Sequence record: PV191315.1
Source of the DNA: Escherichia phage vB_EcoM-P3322
Strand: one strand, 5' to 3'
DNA: 64,000 nt
Positions 61,773 to 64,000 of the stretch are shown here, one piece after another. The position numbers were made by a program, and so were the translations under genes. Position 1 is the first letter of the stretch; each line of letters begins with the position of its first letter. A model generated the notes under the pieces. That model worked only from the letters and a program-made list of their open reading frames with translations, did not search any database and was not told the DNA's origin.

Positions 61773-62755
61773 GTTTCCTCCTGTAATGTTCCACCATAAA
61801 GTTTATAAATGTTTTGTATTGAGGCCATGCAAGATAACTCTACTGTTTCTGTGTAGCCATCTGGCATAGAATATTTGCTCACTGCTTCCGTGTGAAGGAC
61901 ACGCTTACAACGCTTTTCTGCATCTTTGCATTGCTTCACAGTAGGGAAGTGCCACACTTGGCTCTGTTTCATAGTAAACACATTATGACTATTTTGTTCT
62001 TTGATACGGCGATCACTACTATTGGCAATACCAAACTTCAAAGCACAGAGAAGATTTTGTTCATCGTAGATATAGTTGATGTATGCCTGTTGTTGTGTAT
62101 GCCCTTTACACTTCGGACAACCACGCCCCTTATGTAATAAGTGGTCAGCATTCCCTATTTGCTCCCCGTGATCCTTACATCCATATTTAAACTCTCCTGT
62201 TGAGGAAGGTTTACTAATCCACTCTATCCAGATATATCCTTTACTTTCTAAACCTTTTCTCACCTTGTAAGTGATCTGATCTTTTGTATAACGGTAAACT
62301 CTAGTACAACGACAAGGGATAATCCCTTTTTTAAGATCGTTCCCTGCAATGTAAAATTTACCATCACACACTCCTGCTTGTACGTATTCATCATGAGAAC
62401 AAACAGGACATTCAACCATCCAGAGAATATGACTCCCTTTACGTTTGCCTGTATTGGTGAAAATGGTACCAGGTTTAAACTTTCCTGTGTTAATGAAATC
62501 TTTTATGTGCTGATCGTCTGTCTTACCTCCTTTCCCAAATCCTTTCCCAATTGCACAGACAGGACAACCAGCACGACCAGTTTTAAAGTTTTTAAATGTT
62601 GTAGTGTTCCATTCATGAGCATACTGACAACGATTGATCATTTTCGTGTGTTGTCCTGTAAACGGCTCAACAATTCCAATAATCTCAATCCCTTTAGCAG
62701 CAGCAATAGGTTGACACTCTTCAATATATTGTTCAATACTCTTCTTTACTGGCAT
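61766..62755 (-). CDS. multi-zinc-ribbon protein with C-terminal T5orf172/GIY-YIG-like domain (possible homing-endonuclease-like)
   Basis: Repeated CPVC/CPKC motifs; C-terminal YINYIYDEQNLLCALKFGIANSSDRRIKEQ; ATG 62755 after AGGGAGA. Confidence 0.5.
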   Translation of the reverse strand: MPVKKSIEQYIEECQPIAAAKGIEIIGIVEPFTGQHTKMINRCQYAHEWNTTTFKNFKTGRAGCPVCAIGKGFGKGGKTDDQHIKDFINTGKFKPGTIFTNTGKRKGSHILWMVECPVCSHDEYVQAGVCDGKFYIAGNDLKKGIIPCRCTRVYRYTKDQITYKVRKGLESKGYIWIEWISKPSSTGEFKYGCKDHGEQIGNADHLLHKGRGCPKCKGHTQQQAYINYIYDEQNLLCALKFGIANSSDRRIKEQNSHNVFTMKQSQVWHFPTVKQCKDAEKRCKRVLHTEAVSKYSMPDGYTETVELSCMASIQNIYKLYGGTLQEETC

Positions 62756-62796
62756 ATCTAACAATTATCTCCCTGTTAAACTGAAATCAATATAAC

Positions 62797-62815
62797 AAAA
62801 CCCGCCGAAGCGGGT
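62797..62815 (-). terminator. rho-independent terminator (minus strand)
   Basis: aaaa-cccgc-cgaa-gcggg on + strand. Confidence 0.65.
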
Positions 62816-62833
62816 TTAGCTATTTGTGCTGTA

Positions 62834-63973
62834 TCAGAATACGCTACCCAGGGTAGTGGAACGTTGTGTTACAGGCTCCAGCACCACTCGCAGAGTGTTT
62901 CCTGGTGTAGTGCTCATAACCAGAATCTTACCACCTTCAATCAGATCACAAGTTAGACCATCAGCCGTTGCACATAGATCAATATGTGGATCACCATCTT
63001 CATCCAGGATAACATAACTGTTGGTTTCCATTGCTTCCACTTCATCATCTTTCAAACTTTGTAGATAGATGTTCAGGGAACAAGCACCCGACAAAAACTT
63101 AGTAGGGGTGAAGTCGTGCCAGTTATTGATCCAATTCACCTTCAGCGTTTTGCCATTAGCTACGATAGAAGCCACATTCCATTTAGCATCGTTGCCTAAA
63201 GAAATACCCATCATTTCAAGACATTCTTTAAAAGTCATTTTTGGATAGAAATTCAATTCTTCTACAATACCTTGAATAACATCGAAAGACAACTCTGTGC
63301 TAACATCCCATAAACGTTGGAAGTTATCTACGTGTTTTTTATTTACCAAGTTCTTATCCAAGTAATCTAACATAGTTTCACTAGACAGTTTATCGTAATT
63401 GAAACTGTAATAGATACGACTAGGACGGTTTACAAAATATTCCGAGATATAACCACTATTTTTAGTTAGGATGTAAAGTTTATTCCCACTTCCTGTTCCA
63501 TCCAACAAGGTCAACAGTGCTTCCTGATCTTCTTTCTTAGCGTACACTTTATCAAATTCGTCAAATAAAACAACAGCACGATCTGTAATTTTACTCATAA
63601 ATTCTAAGAAGCCAGCATCTGTGTAAGGCTGTGTAACCAAAATGGTTGGAATACCTAAACCTTCTGTGGACATTAGGGACATGCTAATTAGTTTAGCTAA
63701 CATCGTCTTACCACTGCCTTTTGTGCCTGTCAGTAACACCCCAGTATTTTTACCTTCTTTACTACGACGAGCAAATGTTTTAATAACATGTGCGGCGCGG
63801 TCTTTAGTTTCCCCATAAAGAGTGTTCGGAAGAGAGAAACTTTCGCCACGCACTAAAGAGTAGTTACCGTGCGGATCGCAGTTGACAACCCAAACTCCAG
63901 CAGGAAGTTTATTAGCTTCAACACCATATTCCTTATTTACAACAGCCACATCTCCAAAAATAGTGTATTTCAT
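62834..63973 (-). CDS. AAA+/P-loop ATPase (possibly clamp-loader/RFC-like)
   Basis: Walker A GTKGSGKT, Walker B VVLFDEFD; motif order resembles T4 gp44 (recall only); RBS AAAGGAGAAAC. Confidence 0.6.
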   Translation of the reverse strand: MKYTIFGDVAVVNKEYGVEANKLPAGVWVVNCDPHGNYSLVRGESFSLPNTLYGETKDRAAHVIKTFARRSKEGKNTGVLLTGTKGSGKTMLAKLISMSLMSTEGLGIPTILVTQPYTDAGFLEFMSKITDRAVVLFDEFDKVYAKKEDQEALLTLLDGTGSGNKLYILTKNSGYISEYFVNRPSRIYYSFNYDKLSSETMLDYLDKNLVNKKHVDNFQRLWDVSTELSFDVIQGIVEELNFYPKMTFKECLEMMGISLGNDAKWNVASIVANGKTLKVNWINNWHDFTPTKFLSGACSLNIYLQSLKDDEVEAMETNSYVILDEDGDPHIDLCATADGLTCDLIEGGKILVMSTTPGNTLRVVLEPVTQRSTTLGSVF

Positions 63974-64000
63974 TAGAACGTTTCTCCTTTTAAAATAATT

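Noticed and set aside
1-64000. tRNA or rRNA genes
   Set aside because: No cloverleaf-compatible segments with GTTCRANYC T-loop and CCA-proximal acceptor stems were found by eye; a tRNAscan-SE run is still advisable.

Overview
This window reads as part of a large virulent dsDNA phage genome (T4-type or jumbo-myovirus-like by gene content), with no rRNA, tRNA, CRISPR or integrase seen. It has two oppositely transcribed blocks. Block 1 (1-29.7 kb, + strand) is a tightly packed early/nucleotide-metabolism region: a ligase fragment, MazG-like NTPase, RdgC-like protein, DEDD exonuclease, HNH nuclease, NT5C-like nucleotidase, ThyX-like protein, NrdA/NrdB, a complete dTDP-rhamnose operon (rfbBACD, with rfbD broken by a 1-nt frameshift), glutaredoxin, T4-type lysozyme, PhoH, an HslV-like peptidase, MTase-like proteins, a Ser/Thr phosphatase and a Sir2-like protein. 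Block 2 (29.8-64 kb, - strand) holds about 90 small ORFs, mostly of unknown function. It includes a 6-member paralogous family, a serine recombinase, a NADAR-domain protein, a zinc-ribbon/T5orf172 protein and an AAA+ ATPase. Between 49.3 and 59.1 kb lies an array of about 24 repeated regulatory cassettes (promoter plus conserved GC-rich leader hairpin), each in front of a small ORF. Two ORF-poor regions (46.8-48.4 kb and 59.3-60.7 kb) carry iterons, palindromes and an orphan promoter. All calls rest on reading the sequence and recalled motifs; no database search or folding was run.
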